A stretch of 64,000 nt of DNA from Planctomycetota bacterium (GCA_965248575.1 CBDFJQ010000002.1:4576001-4640000), one strand, 5' to 3'. Shown: positions 46,801-56,517, counted from the first letter of the stretch. Numbers and translations: made by a program. Notes: generated by a model not told the origin, from the sequence alone.

Positions 46801-47529
46801 TCAGCGGAGCAGGAACGTGATCACCTTGGCTGGCACATCGGACGAGAGGTTGACGAGCGAGGCCTCCGGGCCGGATGTCGGCAGGGAAAAGGTTCCACCC
46901 GCAACGATCAGTTGCTCCGGCGTGCCATCGATGTGCAACTCGATCACGCCCTCGGCGACGAGGCCGAGCCGTGGCTCACGAACGTCGAGCGTTTGCGACC
47001 CGCTCTTCGGCAGCTCGGTGACGTACACCTCCACCTGGTCCACGGGCTGGTCAGCCAGATCGACCGTCGGAAGCGTGCGGCGGTCGATGGCTTCCGTCGG
47101 CGGCTGCTCGAAGACGATGAACGGCTCGTCGACCTGCTCGAGGTTGAAGTCGATGAAGATGGCTTCGTCCGTCGCCGAGGCATTGTCGAAGCGTAGGATG
47201 CGCGGGCCCACGGGCTCAAAGAAGGCGTCGCCTTCGCGCAGCAGCTGCGGTTGTTCGCCCTCGACCTGATAGAGGATCGCGCCCTTGGCGACGTAGCCCA
47301 CGGCCGGTGCGCTGTGCGTGTGGATGGGGGCCACCTGTCCCGGCTTGAAGTGGAAGTCGCCGATTTCGACCTGCACGACCTGGCGCGGCTCGAAGTTGGC
47401 CGTCAGCAGCTTGGTGGTTGCGGGGGACTCTGTCTTCGCTGCGCCCATCAGCACGGCGCCCATGCCGAGAGTGGCGGCAAAGGTGGCGGCGAGCGTGGCC
47501 ATCCGTGGGTTCTGGATCAGGGTCTTCAT
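46801..47529 (-). CDS. Secreted cupin-domain protein (two cupin-like halves)
   Basis: Signal-like N-terminus; PGQVAPIHTHSAP..YVAKG..GDAFFEP; a degenerate second copy follows. Confidence 0.8.
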   Translation of the reverse strand: MKTLIQNPRMATLAATFAATLGMGAVLMGAAKTESPATTKLLTANFEPRQVVQVEIGDFHFKPGQVAPIHTHSAPAVGYVAKGAILYQVEGEQPQLLREGDAFFEPVGPRILRFDNASATDEAIFIDFNLEQVDEPFIVFEQPPTEAIDRRTLPTVDLADQPVDQVEVYVTELPKSGSQTLDVREPRLGLVAEGVIELHIDGTPEQLIVAGGTFSLPTSGPEASLVNLSSDVPAKVITFLLR

Positions 47530-47610
47530 GGTCTGGGTTCCGGTTCAGGGGGTGCTGCGGGTCAACCCGCGAGAGCGGTTCACGCCGTAGGTGGCGTCGA
47601 CGGTCCCTAG

Positions 47611-47627
47611 AGCGAAGTCCGTGCCAA
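47611..47627 (-). promoter_or_regulatory. Putative sigma54 promoter for the cupin-esterase operon
   Basis: Minus strand reads TTGGCACGGACTTCGCT (GG-N10-GC), ~80 nt upstream of the ATG at 47529. Confidence 0.65.
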
Positions 47628-47696
47628 TCCGATGCCGTTGCCGTAAGAGCTGATCAGCAAAGGAGTTGACTGATTCAGCCGGCTACGGAGGCGCCG

Positions 47697-47745
47697 CGAA
47701 ATCTCGTAGTTAGCGAGATCTCGTCAACGGGGTGGCGAGATTGCG
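47697..47745. promoter_or_regulatory. Three palindromic boxes, candidate enhancer-binding-protein sites
   Basis: CGAAATCTCG (47697), CGAGATCTCG (47714, perfect palindrome) and CGAGATTGCG (47736). Confidence 0.55.
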
Positions 47746-47773
47746 TGACGGCGTGATCCTGGCCCGAACGGCC

Positions 47774-48862
47774 TCAGGCAGTTCCCACGAGCACACCCAC
47801 CACACTCTTGAACGTCACGGCTGCGTTGCCAAAGAAGAGGCCGACGAACTTGACGTTGGTCTTCCTGTCGAAGGGCCACGTGTGCATCCGGTGCAGTTGG
47901 ATCCGGCGCGCTTCGTAGATGTTCAGGTCTGCCTGCAACAACGCCTGGAGCTTCTCCTCCTGGGCGGCATCCAGTTTCGCGACCTGCCGGATGCGTTGCT
48001 CCAGTTCCGCCCTTCGCAACTCATGCTGCACCGTGAGCTCGACCTCGGTTGAGATCTTGTGGGCCATCAGGGCGCGATTGATCTGAACAGCTGGCGCCAG
48101 AAGGACGGTCAGCGACAACACGAAGGGCAGCGCAATCCAGAGCCACATTGCGGCCTTGATGTAGGTGGAAAGTTGCGAGTCTGTAGCGACTGTTGCCCAC
48201 TCCACGTTGTGCCAACCTGCCCTGAGGATGTAGGTGGAGATGAGCACACCGATCAGCAAGGTCACTGCACTGAACTTGACCAAGGCGTCCCCCAGGAACA
48301 AGGTGCCTCCACAGCCATCCGGGTTCGTGTAGTCAATGCGCGGACGATCAGCATCGACATAGGACTGGAGCACCAGCACCACGCCCCGAATCCCGCCCGT
48401 CGCCATGCCGCACACGAAGCCTGCCAGGGCATAGCCCAGGTAGGTCGTGGTCAGGGTCAGCGGGGTGTCGGCTTTCGGGCCAAGCACCCATCCAACCAGG
48501 CAATTCAAGGCGGCGAACAGCAGGCCCCACTGCAAGAACTTCGCATCCCGGAGCCGCCGTCGTAACGTGCCCTGGTAGGCCTCGGTACCCGTGCTTCGAC
48601 CGGCGTCCTCGAGGCGCAAGTCCATCTGCGGAAAGACGCTTCGCAAGGTGTGCGTCGCGTAGTAGAGCGACAGCATCGCCGCAATGATGATCACGCACAG
48701 CAACCAACTCCAATCGGAGAAGATCGCCTCTTCCGCCGCTATGAAGTGCGGAGCAAGAAACATCAGGCCGAGCAGCACGCTGGCCAACAGCTTGGCCAAG
48801 AAGGGCATCGCAAAGCGATCCCCGAGCCGGTCATAGAAGGGCTGAAACGTCGTCGTGGTCAT
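47774..48862 (-). CDS. Hypothetical membrane protein
   Basis: 362-aa ORF with about 6-7 hydrophobic segments, a PDGCGG motif and a coiled-coil-like segment. Confidence 0.7.
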   Translation of the reverse strand: MTTTTFQPFYDRLGDRFAMPFLAKLLASVLLGLMFLAPHFIAAEEAIFSDWSWLLCVIIIAAMLSLYYATHTLRSVFPQMDLRLEDAGRSTGTEAYQGTLRRRLRDAKFLQWGLLFAALNCLVGWVLGPKADTPLTLTTTYLGYALAGFVCGMATGGIRGVVLVLQSYVDADRPRIDYTNPDGCGGTLFLGDALVKFSAVTLLIGVLISTYILRAGWHNVEWATVATDSQLSTYIKAAMWLWIALPFVLSLTVLLAPAVQINRALMAHKISTEVELTVQHELRRAELEQRIRQVAKLDAAQEEKLQALLQADLNIYEARRIQLHRMHTWPFDRKTNVKFVGLFFGNAAVTFKSVVGVLVGTA

Positions 48863-49115
48863 GGTTGCACCGTGTCATCCACCGAAGGGTCCGGGGTAGC
48901 ACCCTCGCTTCCCCTGAGTGAGGGGGGCAGACACAGGTCACGCTGTCCAGCCTCTCTTGCACCCCTCGTGCACGAGTATGCCTGAGGGGGCCAACTTCAT
49001 CGCGGGCACGCCCCGAGACACTCGCTGCAACGAACCGCTTCCTCGCGTTCGACTCCACCACCCAGTCCCGGTGGGCGGTGTTTGTGGCAGGTACGCGGAG
49101 GCGAGGACTCGTGGC

Positions 49116-49667
49116 TCAGGACTGGAGCTGGAGCGGCGTGTATTTCATTTCGTCGTCCTGAGCAGGCATCTGGACCAGTCGCAAGGCCATGACGCAGCTG
49201 TCGGGTCCGAACGACAGCGACTCGAAGCCGTTCCCGCCGATGCCGAGCACGTCGACGAGCGCGTAGCCCATCGAGCCACCAACATCGAGAGACATGGCTT
49301 CGGCGTACTGCACCAAGGCGCGCAGATCCCTGCCTGCGCCGTTCTTGAGCAAGAAGTCGAACAGCGCTCCCTGCGGAACGGCGCGACCCTGGAGACGGAG
49401 TCCCACGAACACCAGCAGGTAATCGTTCGAGCTGGCGAGTTTCTCGACCTCCGGCGGCACACGGTCGGGCTGGTCGAACGGCTGGGTGACGTTCACGACG
49501 ACTTCGAGAGTGCGTCGATCGACCACGAGAAACCAGGTTCCCGACAGCTGATCACCGCTGTAGACGGACAGCCGGTTTGAGCCGATGACGACGCTGGCGC
49601 TCAGTTCACTCCGCCCGTGCGGGGCGACGATCGTGAACAGCAGGGACTTCGGGTCTTCGTTCGCCAT
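49116..49667 (-). CDS. Hypothetical protein
   Basis: 183-aa ORF with GAGG RBS and globular alpha/beta composition. Confidence 0.7.
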   Translation of the reverse strand: MANEDPKSLLFTIVAPHGRSELSASVVIGSNRLSVYSGDQLSGTWFLVVDRRTLEVVVNVTQPFDQPDRVPPEVEKLASSNDYLLVFVGLRLQGRAVPQGALFDFLLKNGAGRDLRALVQYAEAMSLDVGGSMGYALVDVLGIGGNGFESLSFGPDSCVMALRLVQMPAQDDEMKYTPLQLQS

Positions 49668-49840
49668 TGAGTGCTGCCTCTGAGATCGCTTTACCAGACC
49701 TCAGCGTAGCGCGAGCCTGACCAGCTAGCCTGCCCACTTTTCCTGACATCGGGAGCTTTCGTTTCGCGTCCATCTGTCTCAGGCCCATGGCGTGTTCCAG
49801 GGTCGAGATCACTCCGTGGGTCCGTTCTCTTGGGTTGAAG

Positions 49841-51358
49841 TCAGCGCTTCTGCATGCCGACCCCGGTGGCTTGGCCTAGGCTCTCGATCTGTGCTCGCAC
49901 GCTAGCGGCTGCCTGCAGCTGTGCCCGTTGCTCCAGCCGCTCCGCGTGGTGCCTCAGCGCCTCGGGCAGCACGAGTTGGGCGCGATCGACGCTGTGTCGA
50001 CTTCCGTCCGCGCGGGCTTCAAGAGCCCAGTGCATCGTTCCGGACTCATCCGAAAGGCCAACCGCATCGATGACGTTTGTGCCTTCGATGCGAGAGCAGT
50101 CGAGGTTGAACCGGAGCTGGACCACTGGCACGTCGATATCCACTGGGGCCGTCGTCTGGGCGAGACCGTCCACGAGGATCGTCTGCACCTCGCCAGCCCA
50201 GTCGAGGGTGATCGTCTGGCCGTTCTTTGTGATGGCCTCGACGGACGTTAGGGCACCCTGCCCGTATGTCCCCCAGACTTCCAGGTGCGTCGGTTGGATC
50301 GGCGCGGCGTAGGTCAGTTCCAGCCAGTGCTTTCCGTGGCCGTCGGTGGGCCACCAGGCCTGATTGTACGACGCCTTGTTCAGCGCGTCGGGTTCGCCGG
50401 TCGCTTGGGCTGCAGACTTGTTTGATGTCTCGGCTTGTTCAAATCCGCGCGCGAGGTGCGGGTACAGTCTCCGGTCCGTGAATGAGATGCGCTCGTTCGT
50501 GTAGTCGAAGATCACGACCATGTAGACCAGGAGCGGGGCACCGATCAGACCATCGTGTTCGGTCGATCCCATCCAATGCTCGTAGCTGACGCCGAGTGTC
50601 CCTGTCACGTTGTCGAAGCGTTGTGCACCAACCTCTACAGTGGCGAGGGTCGCAAGGGAGACAGGGGTTCCGCCGTACGGACCGAAGATGCGGCTGTCCT
50701 GGCTTGGACGGCCGTCGACCAGGCCGAGCTGATCCACAGCCGGAGTGCACAGGAGCACGGCCTCGCCTCCACCCGTATCGATCTCCAGCAGCACCGGTTG
50801 GTCTTCGACGTTCATTCTGGCGAAGGGTCTTTCAGCGAGGAGCAGGCACTCTTCCCACTCGACGGGGGGAGACTCGAAGCTCGCTGGGTCGTAGACAGCG
50901 ACTGAAGGCCCCGCCTGGTCGTAGACGACGATCGACTGCCAGAAGAAATCGCTGCCCAAAGTCCCGAGCACATCGTCCTGATCGCCGCCGTCGACGTCCG
51001 CGATGACGAAGCGTGGCGAGCTCATCGTCATCGGCCCGACGCGAAGCGTGGTGGCAACGGCGCTGAAGGAATTCACCGAACCGCCCACCCCGGTGATCGT
51101 GCCGCTAGTCCGCAGGCTGAGCCCCAATTGTTTCGCTACGGATTTGTCGAGGCGGTGACCCTGTGCGCCGGTGTCGAGCAGGAACCAGCCGGCCACGTCG
51201 TCGTCCAGCTCCGCCCAGACGTGGACGTGCCCGAACCCACCGCCTCGTACCCGGAGGTTGGGTGAGACGTCCGTTGCGAAGGTGCTTGAGGAATCGGCCT
51301 CTTCTGGGCACGAGAGCGCCGAGGTGAGTGTCAACAGCAGGATTGAGGTGCGGATCAT
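49841..51358 (-). CDS. Secreted retropepsin-like aspartyl protease (two DTG domains) with a C-terminal beta-sandwich domain
   Basis: FLLDTGA..GTLG and LEIDTGG..GLIG; C-terminal ATGEPD..AW.P..HWLEL.Y. Confidence 0.85.
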   Translation of the reverse strand: MIRTSILLLTLTSALSCPEEADSSSTFATDVSPNLRVRGGGFGHVHVWAELDDDVAGWFLLDTGAQGHRLDKSVAKQLGLSLRTSGTITGVGGSVNSFSAVATTLRVGPMTMSSPRFVIADVDGGDQDDVLGTLGSDFFWQSIVVYDQAGPSVAVYDPASFESPPVEWEECLLLAERPFARMNVEDQPVLLEIDTGGGEAVLLCTPAVDQLGLVDGRPSQDSRIFGPYGGTPVSLATLATVEVGAQRFDNVTGTLGVSYEHWMGSTEHDGLIGAPLLVYMVVIFDYTNERISFTDRRLYPHLARGFEQAETSNKSAAQATGEPDALNKASYNQAWWPTDGHGKHWLELTYAAPIQPTHLEVWGTYGQGALTSVEAITKNGQTITLDWAGEVQTILVDGLAQTTAPVDIDVPVVQLRFNLDCSRIEGTNVIDAVGLSDESGTMHWALEARADGSRHSVDRAQLVLPEALRHHAERLEQRAQLQAAASVRAQIESLGQATGVGMQKR

Positions 51359-51395
51359 GATCGGGTTCTCCGAGGGGTCGAGGTTCTCACGGGCA

Positions 51396-51959
51396 TCAAG
51401 AGCTGGCGCAGGGCGCGGGGCGCAAGGCGACGGTTAGCGCGTAGGCCTTACGACCTTCCGGCGAACGAGTTCCATCAAACAGCTCTCTGAGTTCTTCGAG
51501 CAGCGCATTGGCGTGCTCCAGCTCATCCGGTGCAAGCAAGGTGCGGCCGTAGCTCACTTTCGTATCGCGAAGCTTGCCCTGCGCGCGGGCCTTCAGCGAA
51601 GTGAACGACTCACATGTCTCTGCGGCCGCTCGGCGCAGCACCATGCGCGTGTAACGGCAAGTCCGGTCGACCGCGGCGGGGTCGTTCCGGTCGTAGCGCA
51701 CGGTGGTCCTGCGGTGGGTCAGCTCGTAGACGATCCCGTCGCGGCGACCGGTCTTGCGACGTCCACACTCGCGCACCAGGCCAACGTCCAGCAGCCGATC
51801 GAGGTGGGCATAGACGGCCGTCGACCGCATGCCCGTGTGCTCGGCCAACTCAGAAACGGTGCTCGGTCCGTGGGCCTTGAGCGCCAGCGCCATGTCGAGC
51901 CGGCGTGGTGAGAGAAGTGCTTCCGAAGCATCATCGTTGGTCTTGCTGGTCGGGGACAT
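51396..51959 (-). CDS. Winged-helix (ArsR-like) transcriptional regulator
   Basis: SPRRLDM..GPSTVSELAEHTG..AVYAHLDRLLDVGLV. Confidence 0.85.
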   Translation of the reverse strand: MSPTSKTNDDASEALLSPRRLDMALALKAHGPSTVSELAEHTGMRSTAVYAHLDRLLDVGLVRECGRRKTGRRDGIVYELTHRRTTVRYDRNDPAAVDRTCRYTRMVLRRAAAETCESFTSLKARAQGKLRDTKVSYGRTLLAPDELEHANALLEELRELFDGTRSPEGRKAYALTVALRPAPCASS

Positions 51960-51995
51960 ACGGGTCTCTCTGGGTGACGGAAAGCAGGATTCAAC

Positions 51996-52023
51996 ACTTC
52001 ATATATTTTGTCGATGATGAAGT
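51996..52023. promoter_or_regulatory. Inverted-repeat operator, likely bound by the adjacent wHTH regulator
   Basis: ACTTCAT-N14-ATGAAGT in an AT-rich patch ~40 nt upstream of the regulator ATG. Confidence 0.55.
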
Positions 52024-52230
52024 ATCGAATTCACCGTACGGACACCTTTCTGCCATCGCAGGCTCGTCCGAGACCCCGACGAGCGCCGCAAGCGCTGAGG
52101 GGCAGGTTTGATCGACCGGCGGTGCTCGCAGCGCTGGCTCATCGGGCAGCGCCCGTCCTCGTTGTTACCGTCAGCTGACTTGCGGGTAGAATGATGAGGC
52201 CGCGCCACTCCTCGGCATCGGAGGACCCTC

Positions 52231-53145
52231 ATGCAGCCACTCAGCGGCTCCCTCGAACCCAGCCCCACTCAGCCGGAGCTCCGCATTCGGCTGCCCGACG
52301 CCCGTTCGCCCGTGGTGGAGGTCACGGGCCTCGACCTGCACGACGTCGACGCGACGCTCGCCCGCCGGCTGCGCGAGCTGGCCTATGTGCACCAGATTGT
52401 TGCTGTGCGCCAACAGGACCCGCAGGACACGGCGGGCTACCTCGCGTTCGCGCGTGCGCTCGGCAGCATCGAGCCCTACTTCCAGGCGCACTATCATCAC
52501 CCCGTGCACCCGGAGATCTTCGTCTCCACCAATGTGCCCATGGACGGGCAGAAGGTGGGGGTGGCGGGCACGGGTCGCATGTGGCACGCCGACTACTCGT
52601 TTTTCGAGCGGCCACTGGCCTTCACGATGATCCGGCCGATCCTGCTGCCGCGCGGGCTGCGCGAGACGCTCTTCATCGACATGCGACGGGTGTACCGCGA
52701 GCTGCCCGCATCGACTCGCGAGCGTTTGACCGGCCTGCGCTGCGCCCACGATGCTTGGGATTACTACAAGGTCCAGCCGAAAGACATGGATCGTGCGATC
52801 CGTGAGTTGATCGAGCAGTGGCACGCGGAAGCGCCAGGCGCCGTGCACCCGGCCGTCGTCACGCATCCCTTCACGGGCGAGAAGAGCCTCTACGTCAGTC
52901 GAGGATTCACCAAGCGCATGGAGGGCATCCCGCGCGCGGAGGGCGACGCGTTGCTCGAGGAGCTGTTCGACTTCTGCGAGCAGGAGCGCTTCGTGCATCA
53001 CCAACCGTGGACGGAAGGTGACGTCCTCTTCTGGGACAACCGCTCGCTGATCCACCACGCCTCGACGGTGCCCAAGGGTGAGCAGAGCCGCAGCTTCCGG
53101 ATCAGCCTGTACGACGAGCTGCCCTTCGACTCCGCCCCGAGCTGA
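52231..53145 (+). CDS. TauD-family Fe(II)/2-oxoglutarate dioxygenase, ScoE/Rv0097-like (isonitrile-forming subfamily)
   Basis: GGAGG RBS; HxD (WHADY) and distal His (WDNRSLIH). Subfamily-type motifs YHHP..PEIFVS.N, G..VGV..TG..WHADY, FIDM, YYKVQP.D. Confidence 0.8.
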   Translation: MQPLSGSLEPSPTQPELRIRLPDARSPVVEVTGLDLHDVDATLARRLRELAYVHQIVAVRQQDPQDTAGYLAFARALGSIEPYFQAHYHHPVHPEIFVSTNVPMDGQKVGVAGTGRMWHADYSFFERPLAFTMIRPILLPRGLRETLFIDMRRVYRELPASTRERLTGLRCAHDAWDYYKVQPKDMDRAIRELIEQWHAEAPGAVHPAVVTHPFTGEKSLYVSRGFTKRMEGIPRAEGDALLEELFDFCEQERFVHHQPWTEGDVLFWDNRSLIHHASTVPKGEQSRSFRISLYDELPFDSAPS

Positions 53146-53343
53146 TGGGCGGGCCGGACTAGGGCAGCGCGACGGGTTGCAGCGAGCGCCGGAATCAACC
53201 GTGGTTGCTGCCTGGTCTCTACAACCAGATTCTCGCGCGCCCGTGCCGTCTCAAGAGTCAATTCCACCGGCAGCTCCCATACTAGCAGCGCAGTTATTAC
53301 GTATCCTCCACCCCCGGTCTTGCTGTCTGTGCGGAGGAGATGC

Positions 53344-54870
53344 ATGGGTGTATCCCCGAATCGTGGCCACCAGGCCGTGGTTATCTTGTCCACGGCTTGC
53401 GTACTCCTGGCTGTGCTGCTGGCGGACGCCCATCGCTCGCAGGACTCCGCTGAGGGTTCGCGGGATCGAGCAGCCGAGAGCCTGCAAGTCGCCCAGAGCA
53501 CCAAGGGCAGCTCGGGGGTCTGGGACAGTCACCCGGATGCCGACGTCGCGCGCGTGCTCATGCCAAGCCTGGTGGATGCGCGCCAGTTGGGGTATCGGGA
53601 GACTCCGATCGACTCCAACCGCTTCGGCATGCGTGAACGGAATTACGATGTGCCGAAGAAGCCCGCCAGCCTGCGCATCGTGTTGCTCGGCGATTCCTAT
53701 GTCTTCGGCCAGGGTGTTCTCGCCGAGCAACGGCTGGGGGTGCACCTTGAGCGGGAGCTTCGCGAGCGGGCAGGGGCACGGGCGCAGCAGATCGAAGTGC
53801 TGCACATCGGAGCAGCCTCCTGGAACCTCGTCACCGAGTGTGCTTTTCTGCGCAGGCAGCTGACCCTGCTGGACCCGGACGTGGTCATCCACATCTCGGT
53901 GCCCAACGACGTGGACGACACCATGGGCGTGCGTGGCATGGGTCTCATGGCGCGCAACGTGCCGCGCCGGCCCGCGCAGACCGACACGGTGGTGCGCCAG
54001 CTCTTCGCTCATTGGGAGTTGCACAAGGGAGCCTTCGGCCACCTCGCCCTGGGCCTGGACCATGAGAGCCGGTCGCGCCTGGATGAAGTTGGTTTCGAGA
54101 TCGCCCGACTCGCCGAGCTGGTCGAGCAGCAGGGTGGCCGCTACGTCCACGTCTTCCACTGGCGGGTGCTGAACCCGGTCGCCAACCTTCACCTCGCCAG
54201 CCGGCTCCAGGCCGAGCAGGCGGCGTGGTTGCCCACCTCCTTCTACTTCGACGAGCGCATCCGCCTCGCGGATGGCGACGATCATTGGAGTCCGGAGGGG
54301 CACCAAGTGATGGCCCGTTACTGCTTCGGGCTGATCGATGACCGGCAGCTTCTTCCCCAAGCAAAGCTCGCACCTTGGAAGGACGCGACCTGGGCGTTGC
54401 ACGGATTGAACGATGATGCGCGTGCTGCAGCCCTGGATCCCGAGGCGCTGCGACTCCAGCAGCAGAAGCCCAGGATCGTGTCCCGCTTTGATCTTGGCGC
54501 TCTCAGCAAGAGCAGCGCTGCACAGGTGCACGCGGGGGTCAGCGCCGAGGGATTCGTGGCTCCCTATGCCTCCCTCTTGCTGGCCCGGGATGGGGGCGAT
54601 GAACTCCAGGTGCACGGTTCCTTCTTGGATCGCCCGGAGCTCGTGGGTGGGAGGGTGCGTGTCTCCGTCGAGGGCCACGTGGTGGCGGAGTTTCCGCTCC
54701 AGGCCTCAGGCCCGCTGGTGCGCTCGTGGCCGCTCCCCAGCGAACTGCTCGAGCGAGAGATCCTCAGCGTCTGCTTCGAGTCCGACGATTGGGTCTACTC
54801 CCTGCCGACCTTGCGCGAATGCCACTCGTTCCGCATCGAGAGCGTCGCGATCGGGAACTCGTCACGCTGA
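53344..54870 (+). CDS. SGNH/GDSL hydrolase family protein with N-terminal anchor
   Basis: GGAGGAG RBS; SNRFGMR, LLGDSYVFG, PND, DDHWSPEGH. Confidence 0.85.
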   Translation: MGVSPNRGHQAVVILSTACVLLAVLLADAHRSQDSAEGSRDRAAESLQVAQSTKGSSGVWDSHPDADVARVLMPSLVDARQLGYRETPIDSNRFGMRERNYDVPKKPASLRIVLLGDSYVFGQGVLAEQRLGVHLERELRERAGARAQQIEVLHIGAASWNLVTECAFLRRQLTLLDPDVVIHISVPNDVDDTMGVRGMGLMARNVPRRPAQTDTVVRQLFAHWELHKGAFGHLALGLDHESRSRLDEVGFEIARLAELVEQQGGRYVHVFHWRVLNPVANLHLASRLQAEQAAWLPTSFYFDERIRLADGDDHWSPEGHQVMARYCFGLIDDRQLLPQAKLAPWKDATWALHGLNDDARAAALDPEALRLQQQKPRIVSRFDLGALSKSSAAQVHAGVSAEGFVAPYASLLLARDGGDELQVHGSFLDRPELVGGRVRVSVEGHVVAEFPLQASGPLVRSWPLPSELLEREILSVCFESDDWVYSLPTLRECHSFRIESVAIGNSSR

Positions 54871-54996
54871 TCCTCCACGCCCGCACTACGCACTCCAGCG
54901 CTGGAACCCCTGCGTCGGAGTGCGCATGGCGACTTCCTCGTGGAGCACCGACAATCCTAGTAGACGGCGACACACGTTTCGGCGAAGAGCAATCGC

Positions 54997-56517
54997 ATGC
55001 TCGCCATTCCGATCATTGCCCATCACGACCCTCACCCGGATCCGGATCGAATCCGGCTCGTGGAGAGCTTCGGAGAGACGCTCCTCGACGAGAACCCAGC
55101 GCTCCGGCTGCCGAGCCTGCTTCGGCCCCTCGTCTCGAAACACCTTGAGCCGGGGCCGACCCTGCACATCGACGACCTGAGCAACATCCCCCTCCGAAAC
55201 CGCTTCCACGACACCACCTACATCGAACAGCGTGCCCGCTTGCGGGCGACGGACGGGGATTTCGTCGCGTGCGTGATACCGCCCCCCGAGAGCTACGAGG
55301 CGCTGTGCCGCGAGCGTTTCGGGCTCGGCGAGGCGAAGTGGCTTCATCCGAAACCACGCCAACATCTGGAGAGTACCGCCATCGCCTGCTGTACCGATCG
55401 GGCGGTGCGTCACGAGCTGGTCTCGGCCATCCGCTCCGGTTCCTTGCGCTGGATCCACCCGCACATGGGGATTGCGGCGGTCTGGAACTCGGCCCTCGTG
55501 CTCCAACGCGCAAGCCGTCGACGGCTGAGCGTCATCGCTCCGCCCCCGGCACTCACCCATGCCGTGAACGACAAGCTGTGGTTCGCCATGGTGGTGAAAC
55601 GGCTGCTCGGCGAGCATCGCATCCCACCGACCACAGCCGTCGGCAGCACTGCCGCGTTGGCCCACTCCGTGCAGCAGCTCGCCCGCAGTGCACACACGAT
55701 CGTGGTCAAGCTGCCGGACTCGGCCGGTGGCGGCGGGAACCTGGTCTTCGAGGGCTCCACCTTCCTGGGTCTGCACGTCAAGGACATCCGCGCCCTCCTG
55801 CGTGAACGGCTCGGCCCGCTGCACTGGGCCGGCCGACAGCGCTTGCTGGTCGGGGCGTGGGAGCAGCACGTCGCTTGCGCCCCGTCCATCCAACTCTGGA
55901 TCCCCCCAGAATCAGACGGCCTGCCCATCGTGGAAGGCCTCTTCGAGCAGACCTTCGAAGGCGAAAACGGACAGTTCGCGGGCAATCTCCCCCTGCGGCT
56001 GGAGCCCTCACAAGAACGCGCCATCCTCGATGACGGTTGGCTCTTGGGCCGCCTCTTCCAACGCCTGGGCTACGTGGGCCGCTGTTCCTTCGATCTGCTG
56101 CTGATCGGGGACGACCGCAAGACGGCGCGGCATGAGTTCCTGGAATGCAACGGCCGTTGGGGTGGCACCTCCATGCCCATGCTGCTCATGAACCGCGTCC
56201 AAGGGGACTGGAGCAACCGGCCCTACCTGTTCCAATCCCTGATCATGCCCGGCCTGGATCGCATCCCCTTCGCCCAGCTCGTCCAAGCCTTGGACGATCT
56301 GCTCTACGACCACCGCAGTGGGCATGGGAAACTGCTTCTGATCAACCCCGGCGCCTTGGTCGGCTGCTCGGGATTCGATGTGGTGGTGAGGGGACGCACC
56401 ATCGAGGAGGCCAAGCATGTGCTGAACGTCACCCTGCCCAGGCGCTTGCGCACGCTGATCGAGCAGTCGCCCGCGAGGGAAGCCCGGGGCTCGGCCGTCT
56501 TCAAAGAGGGTGCGTAG
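54997..56517 (+). CDS. ATP-grasp ligase with pre-ATP-grasp domain (PGM1-like)
   Basis: VNDKLWF, VVKLPDSAGGGGN, YVGRCSFDLL, FLECNGRWGG. Confidence 0.78.
   Translation: MLAIPIIAHHDPHPDPDRIRLVESFGETLLDENPALRLPSLLRPLVSKHLEPGPTLHIDDLSNIPLRNRFHDTTYIEQRARLRATDGDFVACVIPPPESYEALCRERFGLGEAKWLHPKPRQHLESTAIACCTDRAVRHELVSAIRSGSLRWIHPHMGIAAVWNSALVLQRASRRRLSVIAPPPALTHAVNDKLWFAMVVKRLLGEHRIPPTTAVGSTAALAHSVQQLARSAHTIVVKLPDSAGGGGNLVFEGSTFLGLHVKDIRALLRERLGPLHWAGRQRLLVGAWEQHVACAPSIQLWIPPESDGLPIVEGLFEQTFEGENGQFAGNLPLRLEPSQERAILDDGWLLGRLFQRLGYVGRCSFDLLLIGDDRKTARHEFLECNGRWGGTSMPMLLMNRVQGDWSNRPYLFQSLIMPGLDRIPFAQLVQALDDLLYDHRSGHGKLLLINPGALVGCSGFDVVVRGRTIEEAKHVLNVTLPRRLRTLIEQSPAREARGSAVFKEGA

Noticed and set aside
49116..49667. 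ILEI/PANDER-like fold assignment for the hypothetical protein
   Set aside because: The resemblance is only a vague pattern and needs a profile search.
26453..53145. CEOS-like enzyme supplying an N-carboxymethyl substrate to the ScoE-like enzyme
   Set aside because: Chemically conceivable, but the genes are ~25 kb apart and the CEOS-like gene is already coupled to SDH.
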